From assembly GCA_000934665.2 (NCBI GenBank), contig KZ538220.1, positions 1 to 64,000 of the forward strand: 64,000 nucleotides of DNA, read 5' to 3'. A program made the position numbers and the translations under genes. Below the pieces are notes generated by a model, which was not told the origin of the DNA, did not search any database, and worked only from the letters and a program-made list of their open reading frames with translations. Shown here piece by piece: positions 26,601-38,837 of this stretch; within the stretch, counting starts at the first letter, position 1; every line of letters starts with the position of its first letter. The stretch comes from Catajapyx aquilonaris. Its lineage: Eukaryota.

Positions 26601-27880
26601 ACCGTTATCCAGTAGCCATCTTGAATCAATTTGAAAGTCCGGCACCCACAGCAAATTGTGTGGGCGGCTATGACACTCCCAGGAACGAATTGCGGGAAAT
26701 TGCAACATTTCGCAAATAAGTGTAAAATGAGGCTTTGCTGGGACAGCAAGTTCATAGGCAGATTATATTCAACAAATATTCAACAAACAGTTTTAGAATT
26801 CTGATTCCGGGTGTCAAAATAGGTTCCACTGGCAACTTCCAGTACCGGTACTTCTGGTTTCCCGGATTCACTTTATCTGCCAAGGTCAGGTATACCGGCT
26901 GGTAACCATATGATTTAGATATTAGTTTCCTTAAATAACTACCAAAAGCCCTCAATTCTGTCAGGTACAAGCAACCACCCACACCCTGTTTCTCCCGGAA
27001 GTGTCATGGCCGGCCCGTGTGACCAAAGATTTTTCCAGCTTCAGGTTGATGGGGCTAGCGGCATTGAGTGAGGCCGTCATTTTCTCTGTCATTGCACTGG
27101 TGTCACTCCCCAGATCCTAACACAGTCAAGGAGTGTGTTTGTATACACACAGGTCTGCGACCCCCTAAACATGTTTCCATAAATGTGGGACTCCTAAGCA
27201 CAATCCAGAGCACATCTGAAAACATGCTCTGGATCATTGTGCTTAGGAACTGTAAAGCAACATTAGCAGCTAATCGGCAACTCACCACCTCCTTNNNNNN
27301 NNNNNNNNCCCTCCAGCAAAATGAAGGCCCATGCCACATACCTCGCAAGAAAGTCAAGCACTTCGTAGATTTATCATCAGCAGCAGCACCACCACCACCA
27401 CAATCCGAGATTTTCTCCCTAATTTGCATTAATACAACTGACCTGAATGAGAAACTTTTTGCAGTGATGGCCAGTGAGTTTACCAGGATTTTTTTTTCCT
27501 CTATTGTAATTGCACTAATGCAATTAAAGGCTACCATGTATCTACTTGCCGGCAATAAAGCATGATGCTTCCAGTTTGAACCCGAAATTTTTGCTAATGG
27601 ATCTCACAGCGATAGCATTTTTAGGGAACTGGACAGTCTTGTGAGACTACTCTGTGTTAAATTTATGCTGCCACCCTGCACAAGTAAGCTGCGACTGCAA
27701 TTTGCAGTATGATCAAGTTTTGTTTGTCCAGCCCACTGAGTTATTTGAACTGAACTCATAGCACTTGACCTTACTGCAAATTGAAACCACAGCTTGCTTG
27801 TGTGGGGCGGCAGAACAAGCACACTAATTTCACACACACATTTACTCTCACACTCTTACAACCACAACAAAAAGTATACA

Positions 27881-30800
27881 TTAAAATGCATATCGGGTTC
27901 GAACGTCCTCCAGCTTCTTTGAAACCTCATTTGGAGTGCGGTCAAGATCCTCCGCAATGCTCTTCTGCTTTGCAGGTTCCATCGAGTTGAACTGCTCACA
28001 TAAATCACCATCAATAACATTCTGCAAATAAGGCAAATAAGTGACATCCATTGATACAAACATGCAGCTCTACCAAAATTCCTTTAACTCACCTTGACAG
28101 GGTAATAGTAGGAGCGGAAAGAGAGATGGTCTCTCCCACAGAGTGGTGGGTTCTCCGACCTCATGTGCATCTCAAGATGCTGGAAGAAGTCATGGTCTTC
28201 ATGTGAGGTAAATGGGACCAGGATCCCAACAGTCCCTGACAGCGTGGTGTACACCAAGCTCTCATTTCCTCCTGGAATCAGGGTCACCTTCTGTAGAGTG
28301 GTTGGGGTCTCTCCACAATGGAAGTTGGACACTATGTCCACCTTCTGAGAAGCCCCATTCAGGAGGCCACGGTCCCACAGAGATTTGTTTCCAGTCGGAT
28401 CCTCATCTACCTCATCCGATATTCCTGATGGAAGCCTTAGCTGTCATGAAAAGCACAAAAAAAAACAAATTTCATAAATATTGAACATTAATGATTTCAT
28501 ATGAGTTGAATGCACGTCTCATGAATATTGCTGTAAATCTTGCATCAGATTTGAGTAAACGGGTTTAAAAAAAGTATAATCACACGGATTCATTTGAAGC
28601 GCAGGTATTGTAGTGGTCATCATTTGCAAGGACAGAAATAAAACAGCAAGAACTCCACTTGTGTTCTTCAACTCCCAACCTTATTAAAATCCATCTGCCA
28701 GTACTGAAACTCACCACAGCAATGTTGCCAAACTTGTCAGCTGCAGCAACAGTGTCGTAGTCCAGTACTGTGGAATGGGTAATCCATCTGGGATTGGTGT
28801 CATCTGCAAACACTATCAGCTGGTTCTCATGTCTCTTGTATCGAACGTAGTGCATACTCTCCTGCACGTCCGACACATAGACACGATGGCCCATGCCTTG
28901 GATGTTGACTATGGTGTTTGGGATATGCTGTGGAGAACAAACTGCATGATTATTTGTTCCCACTTCAATCATATAACATTAAAATGCATGCCAAGAGGTC
29001 AGCACTGCAGGACACATAATTTCAACAGCATAGTTCTGCCAAAGTGTTCATCACTCCTCTCGCTTTGTTATGTGATACAGCCTAATTGTCATCAGTTATC
29101 ATGCAATTTTCCAGCTCATTGCACCAACCTTATTCTCGCATTTCCTCAGCAACTTCTTCTTCCCATAGTCATACAGCCTGAGAAGCCTTCCCACCCCAAT
29201 AAGTACCCTTCCCTGGAAGGCACAAATTGCCTGTGGAACTTCATCCATGGGCGTCTTGTGAACCAGGTCCAGCTGCTGTCCCTCTGCTGCCACTCGGTAG
29301 GTGTAAACTGCTCCTCCTGCAACTATCTTTGGGTTCAACTGGTAATCCTTGGCGATCCCCACCAGAACAAACTGCTGGTCTGCTGGCTGGTTGGCAAATC
29401 TCACAAGAGCAATGCTGCCAACATAAATTGTTTCGAAATCAGTTCCAACATAACCAGACACCCCAACCTAAATTTTCCAAATAATTAGCTTGCATCAGAT
29501 TATTTTGGGTAATATAATAATCACAGGCACTCAGTGGAAGCGCGGATAAACTTTTCATCATTTGCAAGCAGTTATATTTTGGAGGTACAAATTTCCAATT
29601 AAGGAACTACACAGCAACAAAAAAATTAGTAAATACAGAGCTTCTGGCACTACATTCTAAATAATTCAAGCCCACGTATCAACAGGGGAAACTCAAGCTT
29701 ATAACATTCAATTACGGATGCATACCTGACTGCAGCCTCATTCTGTTCCAGTCGGATCTGTTGCAAAGTCTTCCCTTCTACAGGATCCATAACCTGAACA
29801 ACTGAGGCCCACATCCCAGAGCCTGCTTTGGGAGCACCAAATGTGCTCTCAGGAAGGTTTTCATTGAGAAAGGCCTCCGCCATCTCCCTAGCAAGCTCCT
29901 GCTCTTCCTCGCCAGCTGCCTCTTTCATCTCCTGCAAAATTCATTGTCTTATATTAGATTAAATCAAAATGTGTTATCAAGAACTAATATACGAGCATAA
30001 GCTGCACAGGCATCAGATATTTGGTTGTTCTAGTCACAGGCACTCATTTGAAGCGCGGTTTTGTCATCATTTGCAAGGTACAGCTATGCCTCAGCTTACA
30101 GTGTGAATGCCTATCAATATTTATTTTATAAGTAGACTGCTTACCTCAGCCATCTGCATTCTCCTACTGCGCTTAGTGTCCTCTGTGTATGCATTATGAT
30201 CAGTGAGGATGAGGTACAGGTTGGCTGACTCGGGATGCACCACAAACTTCCTCGGTGTGTACTCCAATGGAAAGCTGACTTGGTTGAACACAGCTCCTAA
30301 CTTCTCCAGAGCCAAGATTCGCAAGGTGTTAGTTGAAATGGCTACAATACCCTCTGGACACTGTTCTGATGAGAAACCAGATGCAAACTCCAAAGTCTCA
30401 TAGCTCAATGGTGTCAGGTGGAATCTGCTCTGGTAATAGTAGCTCAACCACGAACGACTTGACATGGCCAGAACGCTTTCATTCCCCTGCATCTTCACAC
30501 GAAATAGCTTCACAGGGCGTGAACCCAAGTACCTGGTGCGCGTGTCAGACAAGTCGCCTGAAACTGGATCCAAGACAGTACGTAGCAACACTCCATTTTG
30601 AAGCCCTATGTTTAAGTAGAGGGAGCCGCCACCAGTGCTTGCTTCATCTGATGACCCTTCACTGCCACCCATTTCAGCAATACATAGTGATTCAGCTGCA
30701 GCAGGCAATGCTTGCATACTGAGTGGCGTGAGGCAATCAAGCGGATCCAACGATATGATACGGACAGTATTGTCTGCAAGGCCAACAGCTAGAAATCGAG

Positions 30801-33800
30801 ACCGCTGCTCTCCCAGAGGGACATTAGCCAAAGCCATGCACACCACATCAGCAGTCATCTCTTTCCTCTCAGTATACTCATTCAGCTGGCCTGTGGGATC
30901 CATCTCGAAGTACACCAACTCCCCACCAGTCAGGGCAATCACAACCTGCCGTTGGTTGACTGCACATTTTAAAATTGTCTTCTTGCCAGGAGCCTTCCAC
31001 TCATTCACACGCTTATCAGCACGGATGTGACGAATGCCATCTGGGTAAACCTGTATTATCCCAGACAGAATTAGTGTGAGTGTCAAACAACCACCCCACA
31101 ATTTCCCTATTAATAAATTGACAGACCTGAACTAGAGCTTCTTCTCCCAGGGATGAGCATGACAATGTTGGTGTAGTGCCCAAAAATCCAGAGTCAGTCA
31201 CTTCTTCCACAGTCTCTCCAATGGACAGAACCAAGGTGGCATTGACGAAAGACACGATGATGTAAGCATCAAACTCATCTGCCAAAAGTTGGAAATTCAA
31301 AGATGATGGCATTAAACATTGCTGAAAATTCTGGGTCTTTGAAATGTGGAAAACTATTTCACTTATGAACCTTAAGGGTTACCAATTGATCAACCAGTAC
31401 ATTTCAACTTGAAATTAATCAAACTTTTACAATGTCACAAGCTCTGCTTTTAAGTTTTAAAATGCAATCAAATTTCTGGTTTTAGAGAATGCGGACAACA
31501 CTTAGCCTGAAATCAGAAATAAACGTACGGAGAATATATTTTCAAAGCATTAATCTATGACTTATACCATTTATATTACTACATTACTGACCTCATGTTA
31601 CGATCATCACACTGGACATGGCCTGGAAAGGAAATCTCTTTTGTGGTTTTACTGTAGTCATGGCCAATTTTTGCTTAAGCTTTTAAAAAATATTAGCATT
31701 CATACTCTAATAGATCAAGAATTCAGATACTATATGTATCAAGGACACCTCATGACATCTATTAATCTGCAATGCATCCCAAGCACTTTTAAGATTGTCC
31801 AGTTACTTAATTGCATTGAAATTGTTTCGGTTTTGACTCCTGTAAGTCACTCTCAGGTATTGAATTTTGAGAAATGCCACCAATTTCTTTGGGTCCAACG
31901 AAAATGAAATGTAGGACAGTAAGCCACGTACTAATAGTGAGTCACACATTCACAGCAGTTATGGCTAGATCATTTGTTTCTGGACAATCCATTTCACCTA
32001 TCAACACTACCAGGTAGCAACAGAGCTACTGTACAAATCCAACCTGTTCTCTAAAAAATACATCTGAGAAGGCCATTAAATAGGCTCTTACCATGACATG
32101 CATTCCAATAACAGTCCTGAACCTCAAAACTGACCATTCAATTATTCACCAATCTGGATTATGACTGACCTAATCTGATCAAGCTTCAATCACAGACACT
32201 AATTTTCATGTGTAAGCGAAACAATCACATACAGTGCAGATCACGAAGGTGTAACAAGGTGTCCTACACCACAACTTTAGCCTTTACTTTGATTAGTTTT
32301 CATGTAATTCAGGCCATGCACCATTATGAGCAAATAAATTGGTAGGTGGTAAGAGTGACATTCAATAAGAGAAATTCTTCTAAATTAGTTTAGCAACAAT
32401 AAATTCTAACATCTCTGGGAGGAAGAATATATATTTCCTGATTTATTTGAAAAGATGCAGCGCTCTCTAATCTCCAGTAATCAATAGTCTAATATTGAGA
32501 TGTGATCAGAGGTCATTTCAATTTCAGGGTACATCAAGAGTCTAACACGTACTATACCATCATCATTTCACAATCCAAAAATTTCAATTTACCAAATTCT
32601 CCTACTGCGTTTATCATGGTGCTCATTCAACTATACATGTGTGATGCAATTGATATTTCACAATCAATCGATCAATTTATTTAACCTCCTTGTATCAACA
32701 CAAGGAGGGACCCAACTCTTACATGATACCTCTAGCATCTTTCTAACAATTTATTTAAGGGACACTCCACTCAAAATACAAGTTGGTGTCTAAAAATCAG
32801 GCAAAAAATCCTGATTCCGAGAATGTGATCAGTTTCTCTCTGAGCCGAACGGTAGTCCGCGAAATAAATCTCAAAGTAGGCCGTCTGCAAACCCCCGGCC
32901 ACAGACCCGCTGCCCCTCCAGTCGCCCACACCTCCCCCCGGCCACCTGGCAGCTGCCTGAGGAAGTTGGATAACCGAATCTCTATCCACCACCCGTCACC
33001 ATCCGACCCCGAACTGCATTCCAAACTCGCGCTGCTGGATTCGGGTATGCAACTTCCTCAGGCAGCCGCCAGGTGGCGAGTACCCAACTTCCCCCGGTGG
33101 CCAAGGGTGAGGTGGGCGGCTCCACGCTCGATCAGAAGTCGAATTTATTCAGACTTTCGTCTCTTCCCCTGTCATTACCGTTCGCCTCAGAGATAAACGG
33201 ATCGCATTCTCGGAATCAGGATTCCTTGCCTGATTTTTAGAGGCCAACTTGTATTTTGAGTGGAGTGTCCCTTTAACAATTGCAGGTTGCAGTGGGGAGC
33301 AAGAGATAGTAAGTTAAGGTATTGTCATTACGAAATATTGTCGTGCCATTTAGCCACATGTCAAATAAAAATAAATTACATTCCATTGTTCTTCGTTCCA
33401 CATTGATATTTCACAATTCAATTGAATTGAACTTTTCACACCCTGCCTTATTTCCAATTGAGTGCCAGAAACAAGCGAAAAAGGACCTGTCAATATCGAA
33501 AATTGCAGATACACAAACAAGCTGCCATCAAAAAGCTATATTTTTAAATTGCTTTGGACAACTTTCTAGTAATAGTTGCAAACACCATCAGGTCAATCAA
33601 TATATTGGAGATGCAAGTCAACTCATTTTACCTTCCACCTTTGCCCATAACGGTTCTTAAATTCAACTGATTCAGAAATTTTCATACGTCGAAACCATCT
33701 TGTATTCCACATCTTAACCACACTAACCATAAGTGGCCATGGAACCATCCAATTTTTGAAAGCAACTACTTTCCAGCCACTTTGGTCCCCATTTAAGGGT

Positions 33801-36800
33801 AAAATCCATTCCTTAACCCCCCATGCCCCGTAAAACGGTCAGAAAATCAGTCTCATAAAGTAGAATATCTCAGTACAGGGTATGAATGGGAGCGAAATTT
33901 TACTAGGACACTCACCAAATATTCTAGAATCCTATAGATTCAACATATACCGGCAGAATCCATTTTTGCTGACTTATATGCATATAACTAACATGCTGGC
34001 ACAACAAAGGACTCCCGGACAATTTTTTAGAAATATAACGTCCCATCGGAATTTATTGCAAATTTTTTTTAAATTAATTTGGTATATTATCCCATCAATT
34101 GCATTAAAAATATTTCGTATTTACGAATAAAGTCTAATTTTAATAAATGCACAAACCATTGCTTACACTCAAGAGACGGAACTGGGACGATACTGCGCAG
34201 GCCGGGTGGATGGAGGTCAGGAGGGGGCGAAGGGTAGGGAACAGGTTTTCCTATTGAAAGGGTATGCCCTTGATGTCTGCAGGGGGTGGGGATGGACTGG
34301 TTTTGGGTTCTGGCTGCCCACGGGTAGAGAAGTGTTACAGTTCAATCTATGAACCCAGGCTGCTTCCACCTTGTTACCATCCGACTTGATGTACCGTATT
34401 ACCTCTCATAAAGCGGCATGCTGGTGTAGTTGAGGTCAACCAGTTTTTAGAAATGCATGATCTAGTGGCTATACCAGCATGGTATGCCGGTATAAAGCGA
34501 GGTTTACACATAAGTTACATTATCCTTTCCGATCTTGACATCTGCCCGAAAATTGAAAAGGCACCTTTTCCTAATAGGGTACCCGTATCATATATTGTGT
34601 TCAATTGCAGTGTCTGGCAATAATCTCCATTGAAGCAGTATGTTAGAGCAGGGGGGGCCCCTGTCAAAGCAGGCTGGTTACACACACTATATTTTTTATA
34701 TGCATTGTGCAACAGAACTTGCATATTCTCACAGCCTGTACACTCGCCCCTTTTCATGGTAACATTATTTTAGTACGGTACCAGAAGTATTCCAGAAAAT
34801 TTGGCAAGGATCAAAATTACCGAAATCTACCTTGGTTATTGCGGCATGCCAGCCACTCCAGGGTCGACCGGCATGCTGGTCGACCTCGTTTTATACCGGC
34901 ACTCTGCTTTATGAGAGATAATACTGTAATCCTTAGAACTTAGATGGTCTTGCAGCAGAAAGCAAACAGAGCTCCAATACCCAGCAAGAGACACTGGACC
35001 ATGCAACCAAATAAACTGGACTGCTAAAATTACTCACCATCGGCCCTCTTCTTCACTGTCCACACAGCATTTGGATTACCAGGAAGTTCTGAGACGGCCA
35101 TCTCAGACACTTCCAATCCATGACGCAAGACTCGGAGAGATGAACGAGGGCCCCTCCCACATAACATGTACAGCTGAGGTGTATCTTCATTTGCTAAAAA
35201 AGTACAAAATATTATAACAATGCACTAGATCATTGATAAATCCAAACTCACCCAAATCAGCAACTTGACAAGCAAGTATGGGAGAGAGTGACTCCATTTC
35301 ATCCACAAGAACAAGGTTCCTCAGAGGGCGTGGCCCGAAGAAAAAAGTGTCTCCCTCTTCCAGTGGCATGGCTGAACTAAACTCTGGTTCGTCATCGTCA
35401 TCCCCCAAATGGGCAATCTGATACAGGTAACTGCAAAAGCAAAATTGTCATGGTGTGAAGTACTTTCTGCATAGAACTGGCAGAAGTATCCTCCACTGTC
35501 AAATTAATTTAAAATTGTGGATATTTATGAGAAAGCGAGTAGACTGCAGCGAACAGAAATAATCCACACCCTAATAATCGAGAGTACAGTGTACACCATT
35601 ATCACTAATTACACCACTTGCATGGAACTGACTGCATGCCAACATTAGCAAAACGCATCCAGCACAAGTCTGTAGTTAAGTCATAAAGTCAGTCATGAAC
35701 CAACCTCAAAAAACAACGTTGATTGAGATTCATGTTGTAATAATCAACTTACTGGTTGCCGAACTCTGATGCAACAAACAGAAAGCCAGTCTTCAGGACA
35801 CACATTGAAGTTGCCACAGGTACAGTGTCGAAATACTTCAACTTGATTTCCGTGACCATGTCCTCATCAGTCTCCAATGTAATTTTAAATATGTCTCCTT
35901 GCTCAGTTTGGGTCAGGAAGAAAAACATTGATTTGGTCTTGTGTGTGGCTGAGCAAACAAATATCATGCCTCGCTCAGGATCATCCAGATCATTCTGAAA
36001 ATGATTTTCAAAAACATTAGCAGCTGCACTTCATCAAATAAGAGGTGGGGAAATGATCAAGTTTTCTAACATGTCATCACATGAGACGACTTTGGGATGT
36101 GATCAGAAGCAACATTTGATTTCAGGGTGCATCAAGAGTCTAACACGTACTATGCCATCATCACTTCACAATCCCTCATCTGTTTGCAAAAATGTTATCT
36201 CGCCTAATTAACTCACCCTTCTCCTTGGTATGGGGCACCTAATGTCATGCTGATCACCCAGGTTCTTGTATGTGATGTAGTTTTCAGAACAAATAAGGAC
36301 CCCACTAGGTCCATCATTCCCACCTGGGACAGATATCAAGAAATTGGCATGCTCATCCAATGGTTCATTGTACTTCCTCACAACATGATTCAGTCCAAGA
36401 TCCAACTCATAGAAAGTGAGGGTCTGTTGAGTCTTCTGGGCAGCTTCACCGGTGGGGTCAGTGTCAGCATCCTAGAAAAATTTCCTCATTACTTCTCTAC
36501 GCCACAAAGCAAATGATGGTTAGCAACAAAAGAAAGCGCCTTCATCAGTGAGTCGATCCGAAGTCTCATAGACATCAACGGTTCGGGTTTGGTCATCACG
36601 AAAGGATTCAAACAGTATCCAAGAGCAACTGAGAATAAATTCAACTAACCTCATAGTCAATCTCAAGGCAGGCAAACATGGGGTTTTCAAACCCAACATC
36701 TACACCGACCATGTGGTAGACCAATGTGTTGCTCTTGTGCGCTTCCAGAGGAGATGAAATGGTCAGCCTGGCCTGCGCATCTCGATTGAGGATGTACACC

Positions 36801-38135
36801 AACTTCTGCTTCTCAACTGCACCTGTAATAACAAGTCTCATTAGATACTTGTACATGTTTCAAAACCAAATGATTGCTTACCAATCATAACTGCTCTTCC
36901 CTTCGGATCAATGGCCAAATACTGCCCAGGAACAATTCTCCTGCAGCCACTCTTTCCGAACGTCTCCTGATGGACCTTCTCAAATACATTTTTGGCAGCA
37001 TTGTACTCCAGGATCACAATTCGGCCTGAGTCAGACCCAACAACAATGTAATCTGCAATCAGATTGGAAATCATCAGTGGGATTTTTAAAGTATACTGTA
37101 GTGCAGCTGTACTTCATAAATTGAACATATCATGTTATCACTTATATAGGCCTTTTAGCAAAACCAGGTCCAAAAATCACACGTGATAAGAGCAACATGA
37201 GGCACATGTTTGTAATAAAAGGACATACCAAGTGACCTTGGAGAGTGGTGATAACTACCATTGTGCTGGATTCATACTTTTTTTAGAATAATTAGCATAT
37301 CTGGTTGGGCACCTAATTCATTCATGAACATATAGAATCTTGCAGTGGCAACAGTTTTAAAGCCAGCAGACTGACGGGGAACATAGATGAATTTTTAAAC
37401 CAGCGCAAACCTGCATATTTTTGCAACAGTTCTGATCTGCCGGGAGTCTAAAATGCAACACTGGGTGTCATTTACGAAACTAGTGAAACCATTTTTTAAA
37501 AATCCCAGCAAGATCTGCCCTGGAGCCACCAGACGTGGACAGCATGAGATAATAAGAAAAGCGTGGTCACTACCACTTTTAAAAATCACTCCGGAGACAG
37601 TCCGCCATAGGGATGATTCACTTTTGGCACCTGGTGGGGAAAGGTCAGGTCCAGGTCCCTCCTCGTTCCAAAAAAATAATTTCAATGAGATCTGCCCCGG
37701 GGCCAGGCTAACAGATGTGAACAAATAGACCCCACTGACTGTGGGCAAATATAGGAGATTCCCGCGGGATGTTTGCATGACGCCATTTTCATGGCAGGCC
37801 TTGGCAGTTCGAGGCACAGAACTGGTCAATTTGCACGAACTGTGTTGCACTCATTGAAAAATTCATCTCTAGTTGACAAACCCTACCCTACAACCCGTGG
37901 GCAACACGGTGGCAGAGTGGTTAGCACCACAGCCTTCCAAGGTCCCGAGTTCGATCCCCGGGTCGCACAGAGGATACTTATGTGGAAAGCGTTTCAATGG
38001 GCTCTCTCCGTGTTCGCAGGGGTTTTCTCTGGGTTCTCCCATTTCCTCTCGCGATCAAAATCCATCACACCGCAGGCAATGATTAAAGTCGAATATTTAA
38101 AAGACGATACCCTAAGAGGCCCATCACGGGGTATC

Positions 38136-38180
<45 letters not shown>

Positions 38181-38429
38181 CCCTACACTACAACCAGACT
38201 TACCCTTGGTTCCTCCAGTGAGCCTGAATGCCATGAGCGAACGTATGATCCCGAAGACCTCAACGGTGTAGAGCACCAGCACCTTCCCAGTGTTAGGATC
38301 CGGCCTGAGCAGCTCCAGGATCTTCCCCCTGGAGACCACAACCTCCTGCAGCTTGGTCCCGGAAAAGTTCCCATGGACGGAGTGGGTGATCCCCGTCGCC
38401 CGCTGCAGGGTCAGATTGTACAGGTGCAT
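27881..38429 (-). CDS. SF3B3: Splicing factor 3B subunit 3 (SAP130), 1217 aa
   Basis: Coding exons 38429-38204, 37052-36882, 36822-36650, 36471-36217, 35994-35753, 35430-35252, 35193-35038, 31278-31127, 31050-30145, 29931-29726, 29414-29129, 28927-28715, 28440-28093, 28021-27881. All introns are GT-AG and the total is 3654 nt. Starts [13 protein letters not shown] and ends [12 protein letters not shown]. Confidence 0.98.
28539..28630 (-). ncRNA. Box C/D snoRNA, paralog a of a triplicated family (SF3B3 coding intron 12)
   Basis: CTTGCA stem, C box ATGATGA, guide TACCTGCGCTTCA, D' ATGA, C' GTGATT, D CTGA, closing TGCAAG. About 98 nt from the 3' splice site. Confidence 0.8.
28994..29060 (-). 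ncRNA. SNORD96: Box C/D snoRNA guiding 5.8S rRNA Gm75 (SNORD96 family), intron 11
   Basis: AGAGG stem, C box GTGATGA, guide ATGTGTCCTGCAGT complementary to 5.8S ACUGCAGGACACAU, D box CTGA, CCTCT. The D+5 rule lands on the G of UGCAGG. 66 nt from the 3' splice site. Confidence 0.88.
29488..29569 (-). ncRNA. Box C/D snoRNA, paralog b of the triplicated family (intron 10)
   Basis: GCTTGCA/TGCAAGC stem, C box ATGATGA, guide GTTTATCCGCGCTTC, D' CTGA, C' GTGATT, D CTGA. 73 nt from the 3' splice site. Confidence 0.85.
30010..30075 (-). ncRNA. Box C/D snoRNA, paralog c of the triplicated family (intron 9)
   Basis: C box ATGATGA, guide CCGCGCTTCA, D' ATGA, C' GTGACT, D CTGA, short GCA/TGC stem. 78 nt from the 3' splice site. 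Confidence 0.75.
32501..32572 (-). ncRNA. SNORD104: Box C/D snoRNA of the SNORD104/snR58 family, copy in intron 7
   Basis: TGTGA/TCACA stem, C box ATGATGA, guide GTACGTGTTAGACTC, D' TTGA, D CTGA. The guide pairs with LSU GAGUCUAACA and D'+5 is the C equivalent to yeast Cm663. Confidence 0.8.
32759..33272. mobile_element. Palindromic (foldback) MITE with TTAA target, Kolobok-like
   Basis: TTAA|GGGACACTCCACTCAAAATACAAGTTGG ... CCAACTTGTATTTTGAGTGGAGTGTCCCT|TTAA. About 95 bp outer inverted arms plus an inner inverted pair GCCACCTGGCAGCTGCCTGAGGAAGTTG / CAACTTCCTCAGGCAGCCGCCAGGTGGC. Confidence 0.85.
34394..34926. mobile_element. pogo/Tigger-type MITE with TA target in SF3B3 intron 7
   Basis: TA|CCGTATTACCTCTCATAAAGC ... 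GCTTTATGAGAGATAATACTG|TA, with internal inverted TGCCGGTATAAA(G)CGAGGT motifs. Confidence 0.7.
36098..36170 (-). ncRNA. SNORD104: Box C/D snoRNA of the SNORD104/snR58 family, copy in intron 4
   Basis: C box GTGATGA, identical guide GTACGTGTTAGACTC, D' TTGA, D CTGA, extended GGGATTGTGA/TCACATCCC stem. About 103 nt from the 3' splice site. Confidence 0.85.
36539..36605 (-). ncRNA. Box C/D snoRNA, unassigned family (intron 3)
   Basis: CCTT stem, C box GTGATGA, CCAAACCCGAACCG, D' TTGA, C' ATGAGA, CTTCGGATCGACTCA, D CTGA, AAGG. 67 nt from the 3' splice site. Confidence 0.8.
37896..38180 (+). mobile_element. Full-length tRNA-derived SINE (V-SINE-like core) with (ATT)n tail and 15-bp TSD
   Basis: A box TGGCAGAGTGG, B box AGTTCGATCC, core CTCTCCGTGTTCGCAGGGGTTTTCTCTGGGTTCTCCCATTTCCTC and (ATT)14 tail. 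TSD CCCTAC(C/A)CTACAACC at 37881-37895 and 38181-38195. Confidence 0.9.
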
Positions 38430-38837
38430 CTCCGCTACGTCTCACCACACTGAGAAAAGCAAGATGACTGGGGATTAGGCTAAGTAAGTCTCTCATACGC
38501 ACCACCACGTCTCGAGGCGTCTGCCCTTGAGGTGGGGCATGGTCGAGACGCGCTCACTTCCTAATGGCGAGTGCAGTTGGAACGCCCTGGCTTCCCCGAG
38601 AAGGGGGAACCAAGCCACACCGGCCGGCAAAGCGCAGCAACAAAGAACACTCACCGCTCAGGGTCTGCTTGAGGCACGGAGACGAGCCCCTCGCTTCCCG
38701 GCCGTCGGACGGGAGGGGAGAAGCGCCGATCAGCGTCCGGATGGCGGGTGATCAGGCTCGATTCGCATCACCGGGAGGCCGGAGCAAGAAGGGAGGAGAA
38801 GGAGCGACGACCCACCAACACTACTGCCATGATGCTG

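Noticed and set aside
35445..35575. Possible H/ACA snoRNA (two hairpins, ACA) in SF3B3 intron 5
   Set aside because: The ACA lies only about 15 nt from the acceptor, the H box is unconvincing, and one hairpin overlaps a MITE terminus.
37773..38453. 226-aa ORF with poly-Tyr
   Set aside because: Composed of a SINE, its (ATT)n tail and the antisense of SF3B3 exon 1.
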